Below are positions 9,253 to 18,794 of a stretch of DNA of 59,921 nucleotides, piece after piece (the first letter of the stretch is position 1; the number at the start of each line of letters is the position of its first letter). The DNA is from Candidatus Pacearchaeota archaeon (lineage in GTDB: Archaea > Nanobdellota > Nanobdellia > Pacearchaeales > GW2011-AR1). Position numbers and translations under genes: made by a program. The DNA is taken from the NCBI GenBank assembly GCA_002688015.1, contig NZBT01000011.1, positions 1-59,921 on the forward strand, read 5' to 3'. The notes under the pieces were generated by a model. That model made no database searches and was not told where the DNA came from. It saw only the letters and a list, made by a program, of their open reading frames with translations.

Positions 9253-9504
9253 ATGACAGCAATAACATCGAGTAGAGTTTATGTAGGGAGAAGTCCTAAA
9301 TTAAATGACCCTCAGGGAGCTTCATCCGCAAGAGATGCATCATATATCTATCCAAGAAGAAGAAATCCTTTTATAATAAAAATAGATGAAAATGGGCCTC
9401 ACTGTTCTGGACATGTTACTGGAATGGGCTTTATCGAAGCTTATTGCACTTCCTGCCCAAGAAACGAACCAATTCTTGAAGTTAAAAACCTAAGAAGAGT
9501 CTAA
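9253..9504 (+). CDS. Hypothetical protein
   Basis: ORF 4 nt after hisS; contains a CxxC; no family recognised. Confidence 0.45.
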   Translation: MTAITSSRVYVGRSPKLNDPQGASSARDASYIYPRRRNPFIIKIDENGPHCSGHVTGMGFIEAYCTSCPRNEPILEVKNLRRV

Positions 9505-10434
9505 CTCTCCAAGAGGATCCTTAAAATCACTACTCAAATTCTCTTCCCTTTCTTTCTCTTCATCAGTTAATTCCAAGTTTGCCTTCTCAATCTCAACTTC
9601 AACTTCTTTTCTCATAACTTCAAGCAAAGCTTTATTCTTTCTTTCATGTAAACTCTTAAGCCAAATCCAAATCTCTTCCAAATGCCCTTCCTGTTCCAAA
9701 AGAACACGGTGCTGATGATCTAAATGCAACAAAGGAACAAAAGTAGCCATTTTGTCTTTTCCTTTATGAAGTTCAACAAGCTCTGAGAATGCAAGTCTTT
9801 CTTCCCTCAAAGAAAAAGCATCTCTCAACTTAGAATAAATATCTTTAATCTGATCCCTTATATTAATTGTATTTTTTGGCATTACTGCTTGTGTCTCATA
9901 TTCTCTCTGTCTTTCAACAACAACTCTCTGAATTCTCCTTGTTTCTGTCTGAATTGCTTTCCCTAAAGAAGACATAAGCTCATGCAAAGAAACTTTCTTA
10001 AATCTGGGCAAAGGCGTTCTAGGAACTAATTCAGGAATCTCATCATCAAGCTCAATCCTTTCCTGACTGTATTTCTTCTCATCCTTTTTCCCAAAAAGAA
10101 TATCATCTAATGTCTGTATATCTTTACTAAGCAAAATCTCAGACTTAATCCTTAACAATAGAGAAGCAGCTAATAACACCTTGCTAGAAACAAAGAAATT
10201 AGCTTCTTCAAGCTCACGAACTTTCTCTAAATATTTTCCAGACAACAGAGAAAGATCAATATTCCAAGGATCGAGCTGCTCCGTATTAATCAAATCATAA
10301 ATAATCGCCTGCCAGCTCAGTTTCTCTGAAAACAGCAAATCTTGTACCTGCTCCTGTCCAACAGATCCAACACTCTTTTTCTCTCTCACCTCTTCCACTT
10401 CACTATTTGCCTCTCCCTTCTCCTCTTCTTCCAT
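9490..10434 (-). CDS. scpA: Segregation/condensation protein A (kleisin)
   Basis: LDPWNIDL, LLAASLLLRIKSE, TFVPLLHL, LEQE. Confidence 0.9.
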   Translation of the reverse strand: MEEEEKGEANSEVEEVREKKSVGSVGQEQVQDLLFSEKLSWQAIIYDLINTEQLDPWNIDLSLLSGKYLEKVRELEEANFFVSSKVLLAASLLLRIKSEILLSKDIQTLDDILFGKKDEKKYSQERIELDDEIPELVPRTPLPRFKKVSLHELMSSLGKAIQTETRRIQRVVVERQREYETQAVMPKNTINIRDQIKDIYSKLRDAFSLREERLAFSELVELHKGKDKMATFVPLLHLDHQHRVLLEQEGHLEEIWIWLKSLHERKNKALLEVMRKEVEVEIEKANLELTDEEKEREENLSSDFKDPLGELDSS

Positions 10435-10487
10435 TCCCTGTCAAAAACCACAGGATTTATATTACTTTCTTCTCTCAATTAAACGAA

Positions 10488-10579
10488 CCGAAAACCCTAT
10501 ATATCCTCATAACTCCTAAGGAAAGGCGAAACAATGATGTTCCCATTAAGAAGTTACAACAAACCGAAAACTTTAAATA
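10488..10579 (+). promoter_or_regulatory. Two tandem BRE-TATA promoters
   Basis: CCGAAAAC-cctatata at ~10488 and CCGAAAAC-TTTAAATA at 10564-10579. Confidence 0.6.
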
Positions 10580-10600
10580 CTTATTCGCCTCTCATATACT

Positions 10601-10748
10601 ATCACCTCTTTTTGCCCGGGAGAGGACGTTATATCCTTCTATTTTTAGCTCGGATGTAACCTCCTCTTCAAGGGTTATAATTAAGTAAATTAAACTGATC
10701 TAGAATTTAGCACTGATTTACTTAACAATATTAATCAAATAGCTTTTT
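10601..10748 (+). ncRNA. Candidate structured small RNA
   Basis: Starts ~30 nt after the TATA box; hairpins 10605-10625, 10628-10660 and ~10681-10725; ends in a T-run. Confidence 0.5.
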
Positions 10749-10815
10749 ATACTTTCTACTTTATCTGATATTAGAACAAACAGTTTAAATTTAAAATGAA
10801 AAAAAAGGGTATCTA

Positions 10816-11781
10816 TTGGTTTTCTTCTTCATAGGAGCTTATCTTTTTTCATATTTTCTCTATACTTTCGGTGTTGATTCTGTTAAATTAATAATAGAAA
10901 ATTTTAATTTAACCTATCTTTCAATATTTTTAGCATTAACCCTGATAGGATTCGTTCCGCTAGTTTGGAGATGGCAAGTAATTCTAAAGGCTTATAATAT
11001 TAAAGGAAGATTTTGGACATTGTTAAGAAATACTATGGCAGGATATGCTGTTAGCTATACAACGCCCGTATCAAGAATGGGAGGAGAACCTGTAAGGATT
11101 TTTATGCTCAAAAAAGAATTAGGAGTTAATTATAAAACTGGTAGCACAACAGTCTTAATTGACAGATATATGGAACTCCTTGGAACAGCTGCATATTCTA
11201 TAATGGCCTTGATTGTTCTTATACTATCACCTTCAATACCTTTAATCTTCAAAATAGTCTTTGGAATAGTAAACTTAATAGCAGTTCCAATAATTCTCCT
11301 AATGTTATATAGATTTATGAAAAATAAAGGAATTTTTATTATGCTCTATGATTTTCTAAGACTCTACAAGATAAAAAAATGGAAGAAATTTAGAAGTCAA
11401 TTAGGTAAAGTTGATATTCTGCTTGCTGGTTTCTTTGTAAATCATAAGAAAGAATTTTCTCTTAGTTTATTACTCTATATGGTCTCTGGACTTCTATGGC
11501 TACTAGAATTTAAATTTCTCCTCTTAAGTTTTGGTATTCAGACTTCTATCACTGACTTAATCCTTGTTTCAACAGTCATAGGACTTATAAATTTCATCCC
11601 CGTCCCAGCCCATCTTGGATTCTTAGAAGCAGGACAGACAGGACTTTTCCAAGCCTTAAGAGGAGACAGCAGTATAGGATTTGCTCTCACTCTTCTGCTC
11701 AGAGCAAGATATATAATATTAGTAGCAATTGGTTATCTTTTCGTTGCACACTTTAGCCTAAGAGAGTATTTGAAGAAATAA
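10816..11781 (+). CDS. Lysylphosphatidylglycerol synthase TM / flippase-like (UPF0104) membrane protein
   Basis: RWQVIL, TPVSRMGGEPVR, IDRYME, PAHLGFLEAG; the likely ATG at 10796 is out of frame by one base. Confidence 0.85.
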   Translation: MVFFFIGAYLFSYFLYTFGVDSVKLIIENFNLTYLSIFLALTLIGFVPLVWRWQVILKAYNIKGRFWTLLRNTMAGYAVSYTTPVSRMGGEPVRIFMLKKELGVNYKTGSTTVLIDRYMELLGTAAYSIMALIVLILSPSIPLIFKIVFGIVNLIAVPIILLMLYRFMKNKGIFIMLYDFLRLYKIKKWKKFRSQLGKVDILLAGFFVNHKKEFSLSLLLYMVSGLLWLLEFKFLLLSFGIQTSITDLILVSTVIGLINFIPVPAHLGFLEAGQTGLFQALRGDSSIGFALTLLLRARYIILVAIGYLFVAHFSLREYLKK

Positions 11782-11866
11782 TTCTTTTTTACACTGTTAA
11801 TCTTACTACTATTTTAAATGAAAATTCTACTACTTGATTTAAATACAATCTCTGAGCAAAAGTTTA

Positions 11867-12163
11867 ATGAAGAAATACATTCCAACGGCTTTAATGGCTC
11901 TTCCAATTGTTCTATCAACTCTTAGTGGCTGTGCATCAGATGGAAGAATACCAACTCAAAGAGAAATAACAAGAGCGGAATCAGTTTTAAAAAATAGATG
12001 GACTTCACTGGCAGGATTATTAGGTATATTTTCTGGAAGACTGCCTGAATATGACTCTCATCCTTCAGAACAAATTCCTCATAATTATACAACAAAAGAC
12101 CCTGAAGCATCAGCAATATTAAGTGGATACAGATTAAAAGACAGATTAGCAAGAACAAAGTAA
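11867..12163 (+). CDS. Hypothetical lipoprotein
   Basis: Lipobox-like LSGC after the signal peptide. Confidence 0.6.
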   Translation: MKKYIPTALMALPIVLSTLSGCASDGRIPTQREITRAESVLKNRWTSLAGLLGIFSGRLPEYDSHPSEQIPHNYTTKDPEASAILSGYRLKDRLARTK

Positions 12164-12208
12164 TTATTCAAAGCAACACCTTTTATACTTAATTTTCCTC
12201 CATTTCTC

Positions 12209-12478
12209 ATGGGAGAAAGACTTGAAGCATTGATGAGGATTGTTGTTGCAATTATAACAGGAATTATATTAGGTGTTTGGAAAATCTTAATACAACTATT
12301 CTTTATAATCAATTTCATTTGGACATTGATATCTGGAAAGAGAATAAAAGAACTAGCAACTTTATCTGAAATCTGGAACACTCAATGGTATGTATTCATA
12401 AGATATATAAATTTTGTAACAAACGAGAGGCCTTTCCCATTCAAGCCTTTAACTAAGAGTTTTAGTAAGTTTAAGTAA
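12209..12478 (+). CDS. DUF4389-like membrane protein
   Basis: Two TM segments and a C-terminal YINFVTNERPFPF. Confidence 0.75.
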   Translation: MGERLEALMRIVVAIITGIILGVWKILIQLFFIINFIWTLISGKRIKELATLSEIWNTQWYVFIRYINFVTNERPFPFKPLTKSFSKFK

Positions 12479-12480
12479 AA

Positions 12481-12735
12481 TTATTTCTTTTCTTCAACTT
12501 TCTCTTCAGTCTTATCAGTCTTTCCAACAAACTCAGTATAATGACATTTCCCACAATAAACTCTTGTCTTATGATCAGCTAAAAATGTCCCAGGCCCGCA
12601 TCTCGGACAATGTCTTGTCTTCTTCAACTTGTCCCCATCTAAAGTATAATGCTTATATCTCTTACTTGTTAACTTATTCTTATGTTCTTTCTTTCCTTTC
12701 TTATCTCCCTTTGCTCCGCCTTTCTGTGTTGCCAT
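12481..12735 (-). CDS. rps27ae: 30S ribosomal protein S27ae (eS31)
   Basis: CPRCGPGTFLADH..RVYCGKC zinc ribbon; synteny. Confidence 0.95.
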   Translation of the reverse strand: MATQKGGAKGDKKGKKEHKNKLTSKRYKHYTLDGDKLKKTRHCPRCGPGTFLADHKTRVYCGKCHYTEFVGKTDKTEEKVEEKK

Positions 12736-12736
12736 T

Positions 12737-13129
12737 TTATGATGCTGCCTCCACAGGTTTCTCTTCTACTTTTTCTTCTTTAGATTCTTCTTTCTTTTCC
12801 TCTGGCTTTGCTTCTTCTACTTTTTCCTCAACAGGCTTTTCCTCAACCTTAGCTTCTTCAGCTGGAGCTTCTTCCTTCTTCTCAACTTGCTTACCCTCCA
12901 ACTTCTCCAAATCTTCTTTAGAATCATAAATCATTGCATCAACAACAAAATCGTGTCTACCAAATTCAGATTTAACATTTTTAACAATCACAGTATCTTC
13001 AGGAACTTTAAACTGTTTGACAATAATCTCTTTAGAACTCTTAAATCCTGGATTACTCTCACTCTCAACAACTATCTCAATTTCCCTTCTTTTCAATAAC
13101 TTATTTTCAAAATCATTAACTGTTTCCAT
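12737..13129 (-). CDS. rps24e: 30S ribosomal protein S24e (eS24) with an acidic tail
   Basis: ENKLLKRREI, SEFG, IYDS; synteny; probable start ATG at 13129. Confidence 0.9.
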   Translation of the reverse strand: METVNDFENKLLKRREIEIVVESESNPGFKSSKEIIVKQFKVPEDTVIVKNVKSEFGRHDFVVDAMIYDSKEDLEKLEGKQVEKKEEAPAEEAKVEEKPVEEKVEEAKPEEKKEESKEEKVEEKPVEAAS

Positions 13130-13130
13130 A

Positions 13131-13319
13131 TTATCTAAACTTAATTCCGTAAACTCCCTTTTCAATTATTTCAAGATTCTTAGCTATCTCTCCTTCTCCA
13201 ACATCATCTATCTTTATATTCAAAACTACAACTTTTCCTCTAAGTCTTTCAATTTCTTCTTTAGAAACTCCTGGAACTTTCTTTCCATTCAATTCTTCAA
13301 TTTTAACTGCTCTTTTCAT
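13131..13319 (-). CDS. spt4: Transcription elongation factor Spt4 (RpoE2), cysteine-free variant
   Basis: Lies directly after rpoE1; GKVVVL..GEIAKNLEIIEKGVYGIKFR matches the Spt4 C-terminus. Confidence 0.75.
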   Translation of the reverse strand: MKRAVKIEELNGKKVPGVSKEEIERLRGKVVVLNIKIDDVGEGEIAKNLEIIEKGVYGIKFR

Positions 13320-13930
13320 TTTTCTCTCTTTCCTCCAGATTTTCCTTTTTCAGATTTCTCAGCCCTCTTAGCTGCAGCCTTAGATGCGACTTCCATTTTC
13401 TTCTTATCTTCATCAAGCCATTGCAACTTTCCTAATCCTGGTTGTCTCATTGTTAAACCAATCTTGGGAGAGTCTCCTTTGAACGAAATCGCAACAATTC
13501 TTGCAAGACAAGTATCCTTTTTAGCCAGTGTTCTCTTACTGCTTTTTCCAGACAGTGTTCCAGCTTTATTCAAAGAAACAAAATCTTCCATTGTCTGAGA
13601 AATATGAATCATCCCTTGCGTTGCTCCCATATCAATAAAAGCTCCAAAATTCGCAATCTCTGCTATTGTTCCGTAAATAAGCTCATGAAGCTCAGGCTTC
13701 CAAGTCAATAATTTAAATTGACTCTTATGAAATACAGCTCCATCCCCAGGAATTATAACTCCCTCTTCCATATCTCCAATACTTACCACAGAAATAACAA
13801 ATCCTAACTCCTTATCAATTGAATTAACATAACTCTCGTTAAGCTGGTTCTCTATAGCTTCCTTCGTAGGCAAACCAAAGTGCTTTGGTTCAACTCTAAC
13901 ATGATCCTCAACATCCATCAAATAAAACAT
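13316..13930 (-). CDS. rpoE1: DNA-directed RNA polymerase subunit E' (Rpo7)
   Basis: VRVEPKHFG, IPGDGA, S1 domain FGAFI, KIGLTMRQPGLGK. Confidence 0.96.
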   Translation of the reverse strand: MFYLMDVEDHVRVEPKHFGLPTKEAIENQLNESYVNSIDKELGFVISVVSIGDMEEGVIIPGDGAVFHKSQFKLLTWKPELHELIYGTIAEIANFGAFIDMGATQGMIHISQTMEDFVSLNKAGTLSGKSSKRTLAKKDTCLARIVAISFKGDSPKIGLTMRQPGLGKLQWLDEDKKKMEVASKAAAKRAEKSEKGKSGGKREK

Positions 13931-13991
13931 TTATCTCTCCGTTACTTAACATGTTTATGTGAGAAAAAATCGGTTTTTAAACCTTTGGCTA

Positions 13992-14426
13992 TTATCTCAA
14001 AAAAGAAAAAAGACCTTTAGATTCCTCTTCCTGTCCAGCAGGAACAATTCCCAGAACAGATTCACCTATTTTCCTCAATCTTCTAACTTCTTCTTTTTCT
14101 GTAACAAAAGAACCCCCAAAACACATTCTCAATTTTCCTTCTGAATCATAGAGAAGAGTCTGTTCTCCTTCTCTACCTCTCTTAGTAACACATATTTTGT
14201 CTACTGTATTATCTTTTCCAAGATCATATGCAACAATACTAGTATATTCAGTACTAAAACTCAAGGGAGTTAGTTTAGCACGAACATCAACAGTCCCATA
14301 TCTTTCACTCTCACTCAAATTAATACTATAATCACCATACATCGCAACATTATCTGAACTAGCACAACCTCCAACTAAACTACTCACAAAAAATGTTCCA
14401 GCCAATAAACTATTTCTCCAATCCAT
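13992..14426 (-). CDS. Hypothetical lipoprotein
   Basis: Lipobox-like VGGC. Confidence 0.6.
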   Translation of the reverse strand: MDWRNSLLAGTFFVSSLVGGCASSDNVAMYGDYSINLSESERYGTVDVRAKLTPLSFSTEYTSIVAYDLGKDNTVDKICVTKRGREGEQTLLYDSEGKLRMCFGGSFVTEKEEVRRLRKIGESVLGIVPAGQEEESKGLFSFLR

Positions 14427-14473
14427 AGAAACTTTTCTCTTATGATATATTTAAACATTTATCTACTTCAAAA

Positions 14474-17400
14474 CTACAATCCATAAACATACTCACTGCA
14501 GAACTCACAATTCTTTTCAATCGGGCAAGGCTTAAATCTTTCTCTAAAGGCATTTTGGATCTTATGAGCCGTCTGAATAAGATCAGACTCTATTTCATAA
14601 ATATTGAATCCCTGCATTCTACTACTGCTTGTACACGTAGCATTCCCTTTGTCATCCAATTCAAACTCAAGAGGTTTATCAAGCCTTAGCATATCCAAAG
14701 TAATCCTTTTGACATTTCCTAATTGTCCTGCAGCAAGAGCATAATATCCCAACTGCCAATTCCTCGCTTTTCCTGCAACTTGACTTTTATTTGTCTTATA
14801 ATCAACAATTTCAATTTCCCCATTCTCATCAAAATCAATTCTATCTGCAAACCCAATAAAACTCAAATCTCCTAATTTTGTATTCAACACTTGCTCTGTC
14901 TTACTTTTCTGAGAATACTTGTTCTTATTCCTCTCATAAAAAACTTTAATCAAATGCTCTGCTTCTTCCAAATCCACAGATTCCCAATCATGTTCTAAAT
15001 TTTTCTGCTTTGCATAATCAAGAAAACTTTTTAAATCAGAAAAATTAAGTTTGACTCCCTTCTCCAAGACAGAATGAACAAAACTCCCTAATCTAATTGC
15101 TTCCCAATTTACAATCTTTTCGTCAGGCATATTATATCTATATTTATACTCGTATTTTTTCTGACAATCATCAAACAACAAAAGTGCAGAAGGAGAAAAC
15201 CTAATTTCTGTAACATCTTTATTCATACCATTAACTTCTCCTGCCTTCTGTAAAAGTTCTGTAAATGTTCCTTCAAAATCCCTTGATCTCAAAGCTCTAT
15301 GAATATCCAATCCAGTTTTAACTTCTAACTTGGGCTCCATAAATTTCTCTTCTGAATCAACACTAAAATCTATATCTGAATTTTCCTTAAACTTAATCTC
15401 ATCTAAAAATTGACTTGGATAATGTTTCTTTCCCCCATAGTTTCCAGAATAAGTCAAAATTAAATTATTCTTCGCCCTTGTAAATGCAACATAAGCTAAC
15501 CTTCTCTCCTCATAAAGCTGATGCTTCCTCTCATATTCTTCTATAACATTCTCCCTCTCCTCTTCATTTAACTCATTAATGAAAGAAAGTTCTGGATTCA
15601 ATTCATTTGGAATCAAAGCATTATTTGAATACTTCATCATTGGAAATCTTTTCTGAGCCATTGAAGTTACTATTACTGTTTTATATTCCAACCCTTTAGT
15701 ACTATGGCTCGTCATTAATCTCACACCATGCTTTTCCAACTCACTTGCTTCTATATCAATACCTAAACTCCCCACAATATCTAAATAATGTATAAATTCT
15801 GTCAATCCGGAGCCCTGTAATTCTCTCTGCTCCTTAGAAAGATCATAAAACTTATTCAAATTCAATGTAATTTCCTTCTCTTCCTTAGATCTATTACTAT
15901 TAATCATTCCAGAAATTCTATAAATTTCTTTAACTAAAACCTCAACATCTTTTTCCACAAGAGGCAACATCATCATAATTCTCTCAATAAGAATTTTCAT
16001 ATGCATTTTCCCATTCTGTGACAAATCAAGATTCTCCAATTCATTCAACAACTTCACACTCAAACAATCCTCAGATCTATTTTCTTTAATAAATTTCCCA
16101 ACTTTAATTAAATCACTTTCAGAAAATCCCATCCTATAAACTAAATCCCACCAGGACTGTTCTCCTCCCCTACCTTTACTCTTCAACTTATCCAAAATAC
16201 CAAGATAATCAACAACTTGCTTTATCTCATCTTTTCCTAATAAGCTCCCTTTAGAAACAGAACAATAATCAATTCCTTTCATGTCTAAGAAAGACTTAAT
16301 GATTCTTCCTTGCTGGTGTGTTCTAAACAGAATACATATCTCTTCTTCTTCTGTTCCTTTAGCAATCTCCCTTTCCACAAGTTCCGCAACTTTCCTTGCT
16401 TCTTCTTTTCCATCTCTCAACTCATAAACTTCTATTTTCTCTCCTTCCCTATCTTCAAAATTCTTAACTTCAAAACAATCTTCAGGATCCTCATAATTAT
16501 TCAAAATCAAATTATGTGCCGCCTTCAATATCTTATTTGCAGAACGAAAACTCCTATCTAAATTGAATACTTCCCTCCCAGAAACATCAAAAGCTTTCTT
16601 AAATTCATTAAAATTCTCTTTGTATGCTCCCCTAAATCTATAGATACTCTGATTTAAATCTCCAACAACTGTTACATTCCTCTTTCCAGCCAAAGCAGTT
16701 AACAAATCAAGTTGAACCTTATTAGTATCCTGAAATTCATCAACAATAATATAATCATAATCTTCACTTATTTCCCTGTGCTTCTGCAATAACTCAAGGG
16801 CTTTATTGTTCAAATCGGAATAATCTTGATATCCTTTAATTTTCTTTATCTTCTCATATCCTTTCCAAGCAGAAATAAACTTCCTCAAATCAATAATTTT
16901 CCCAATATCATCAATCTCTTTCATCAAATCACTTTTATTAGTTCTTACATCCTTGCTAGACTTAAAGTTACTCAAATGCATTGTTTGTAATTCAAACTGC
17001 AAACTTTCCAATCTTTTTTCCAAATCCGTAGATTCAAATTTCTTCTCCTTATCTTGTAAGTATTTCTCTAAATCTTCTATCTTGACTCCAAGATCTTTAG
17101 CAGTTCCAATACTTGCAACATATCTATGACAGTAATAAGGTTGAATCTTAAAATTAGAGTGTAAAACAACTTTAGCACTATCGGGATCTAACACTCTAAA
17201 ATCCTTAGAAACATCGACCTTCTCCCCATGCTTCCTCAACAAATCAGCAGAAAAAGCATGAAAAGTCTTTATTATTGGCTCTTTCTCTTCTTCTAAATTA
17301 ATTGCCCTTCTAACTCTCATTAACAATTCATTAGCAGCCTCATTTGAAAATGTAATACAAACAATTTTTTCAGGAGAATATATCTTATTCTTAATAAGAT

Positions 17401-17500
17401 ACTTTATTTTCTCTATGAGCGTGTATGTCTTCCCTGTTCCAGCTCCAGCAAGAATCACACTCACACCTTCGCTTTTTTCAATAGCCCCCTTATCAACCAT
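14474..17500 (-). CDS. UvrD/PcrA SF1 helicase fused to a PD-(D/E)XK nuclease (AddA/AdnB-like)
   Basis: AGAGTGKT, VDEFQD, VGDLNQSIYRFRGA, HSTKGLEY, EERRLAYVAFTRA; C-terminal GFADRID, IVDYKT, QLGYY, C..CxxxxxCxxC. Confidence 0.93.
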   Translation of the reverse strand: MVDKGAIEKSEGVSVILAGAGTGKTYTLIEKIKYLIKNKIYSPEKIVCITFSNEAANELLMRVRRAINLEEEKEPIIKTFHAFSADLLRKHGEKVDVSKDFRVLDPDSAKVVLHSNFKIQPYYCHRYVASIGTAKDLGVKIEDLEKYLQDKEKKFESTDLEKRLESLQFELQTMHLSNFKSSKDVRTNKSDLMKEIDDIGKIIDLRKFISAWKGYEKIKKIKGYQDYSDLNNKALELLQKHREISEDYDYIIVDEFQDTNKVQLDLLTALAGKRNVTVVGDLNQSIYRFRGAYKENFNEFKKAFDVSGREVFNLDRSFRSANKILKAAHNLILNNYEDPEDCFEVKNFEDREGEKIEVYELRDGKEEARKVAELVEREIAKGTEEEEICILFRTHQQGRIIKSFLDMKGIDYCSVSKGSLLGKDEIKQVVDYLGILDKLKSKGRGGEQSWWDLVYRMGFSESDLIKVGKFIKENRSEDCLSVKLLNELENLDLSQNGKMHMKILIERIMMMLPLVEKDVEVLVKEIYRISGMINSNRSKEEKEITLNLNKFYDLSKEQRELQGSGLTEFIHYLDIVGSLGIDIEASELEKHGVRLMTSHSTKGLEYKTVIVTSMAQKRFPMMKYSNNALIPNELNPELSFINELNEEERENVIEEYERKHQLYEERRLAYVAFTRAKNNLILTYSGNYGGKKHYPSQFLDEIKFKENSDIDFSVDSEEKFMEPKLEVKTGLDIHRALRSRDFEGTFTELLQKAGEVNGMNKDVTEIRFSPSALLLFDDCQKKYEYKYRYNMPDEKIVNWEAIRLGSFVHSVLEKGVKLNFSDLKSFLDYAKQKNLEHDWESVDLEEAEHLIKVFYERNKNKYSQKSKTEQVLNTKLGDLSFIGFADRIDFDENGEIEIVDYKTNKSQVAGKARNWQLGYYALAAGQLGNVKRITLDMLRLDKPLEFELDDKGNATCTSSSRMQGFNIYEIESDLIQTAHKIQNAFRERFKPCPIEKNCEFCSEYVYGL

Positions 17501-17534
17501 TAATGCCTATAAAATCAGGATGTTATAAATATTA

Positions 17535-18743
17535 TTATAATACTTCTCCCCAACCAATCAATCTCCAATGTGAATTAATATTCCTCGCAATTCCAACATT
17601 ATCTCCTTTGAAAACAATAGCGGGAACTTTCAAATTCATTTCTAACTCAGCTCCCTTCAAACGCTTAACATTTCCCCCAGTAGTCTCTGTATTAATAGAA
17701 AGCATAAGTGTTTCCGAAGCCTTAATAGGATCAACAGCAACATGCCCTCCAACTCCATAAATTTCTTCAAATAATTCAAATTTCAACTTTATTTCAGAAG
17801 AAAGGTCAGGTAACTTTCCAGAAAGAGAAACAACATTCCCAGAGAGAATATCTCTTGCTCCCAAAGCCATATCCAATTCTGTTTCAATTCCTGCACTTCC
17901 CCCGGGGCCTAAAGTAGAAACTTTTTGACTCCCTAAAAATAATCCAACAACTTTTGTCTTAACAGTTTCATATCTTACTTTGTTCGCCTCCTTCACAACT
18001 CTTCCAGGCTTAATCTCAATCTCATCTCCAACCTTTAGTTTCCCACATTTCAATGTCCCTCCTAAAACAGCCCCACTTAGCTTTTCCACTTCTGTTCCAG
18101 GCTTATTAACATCGAAACTCCTAGCAACTATAAAAACAGGATCACAATCCAATTTCCTTTCAATTAAAGAAAGATTAACAATTGATTTCAAAACTTCAGA
18201 AATATTAACTCCTTGCTGAGCACTCACAGGAATAATTGGAATCTCCCCAGTCCCATAATTTTTTTTCAAAAGTTCTAATATATCATTATGGTTCTTTTCT
18301 GCTTCCTTTTTATCCACAAGGTCAATTTTATTCTGAACGACAATCAACTGCTTAACTCCTTTTGCTTTCAAAGCCATTAAATGTTCTCTAGTCTGTGGCT
18401 TTATTCCCTCATTAGCTGCAATAACAAGAACAGCTGCATCAACCATTGCAGCTCCAGAAAGCATTGTAGCCATTAACATCTCATGTCCAGGAGCATCAAC
18501 AAAACTCACATGCTTCACAGATTTCCCTTCTCCAGAAATGTTATACTCTCCCTTATCTTCATAAATAACAGCATCAGCATATCCAAGCTTAATTGTAATC
18601 CCTCTCTTCAATTCCTCACTATGCTGGCTTGCCCATTTCCCACTTAGTCTCTCTAATAATGTCGTCTTACCATGATCAATATGTCCAACTATAACTACAT
18701 TAATCCCTTCAAGTTTTTCATAATTTATTTTCTTCTCTGCCAT
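17535..18743 (-). CDS. eif2g: Translation initiation factor 2 subunit gamma
   Basis: GHIDHGKTT, HSEELKRGITIKLGYA, DAPGHE, NKID, WRLIGWG. Confidence 0.97.
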   Translation of the reverse strand: MAEKKINYEKLEGINVVIVGHIDHGKTTLLERLSGKWASQHSEELKRGITIKLGYADAVIYEDKGEYNISGEGKSVKHVSFVDAPGHEMLMATMLSGAAMVDAAVLVIAANEGIKPQTREHLMALKAKGVKQLIVVQNKIDLVDKKEAEKNHNDILELLKKNYGTGEIPIIPVSAQQGVNISEVLKSIVNLSLIERKLDCDPVFIVARSFDVNKPGTEVEKLSGAVLGGTLKCGKLKVGDEIEIKPGRVVKEANKVRYETVKTKVVGLFLGSQKVSTLGPGGSAGIETELDMALGARDILSGNVVSLSGKLPDLSSEIKLKFELFEEIYGVGGHVAVDPIKASETLMLSINTETTGGNVKRLKGAELEMNLKVPAIVFKGDNVGIARNINSHWRLIGWGEVL

Positions 18744-18794
18744 TCATTTCTCAAGAAAAAACACTCTTTTAAGTCTTCTGTTTAGTAAATAATA

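Noticed and set aside
10407-10688. 93-aa plus-strand ORF
   Set aside because: Runs through promoter elements and a hairpin-rich tract; no protein-like features.
12737-12900. EEK-rich repeats in the S24e and S6e tails as a repeat element
   Set aside because: Low-complexity coding tails without a DNA-level repeat unit.
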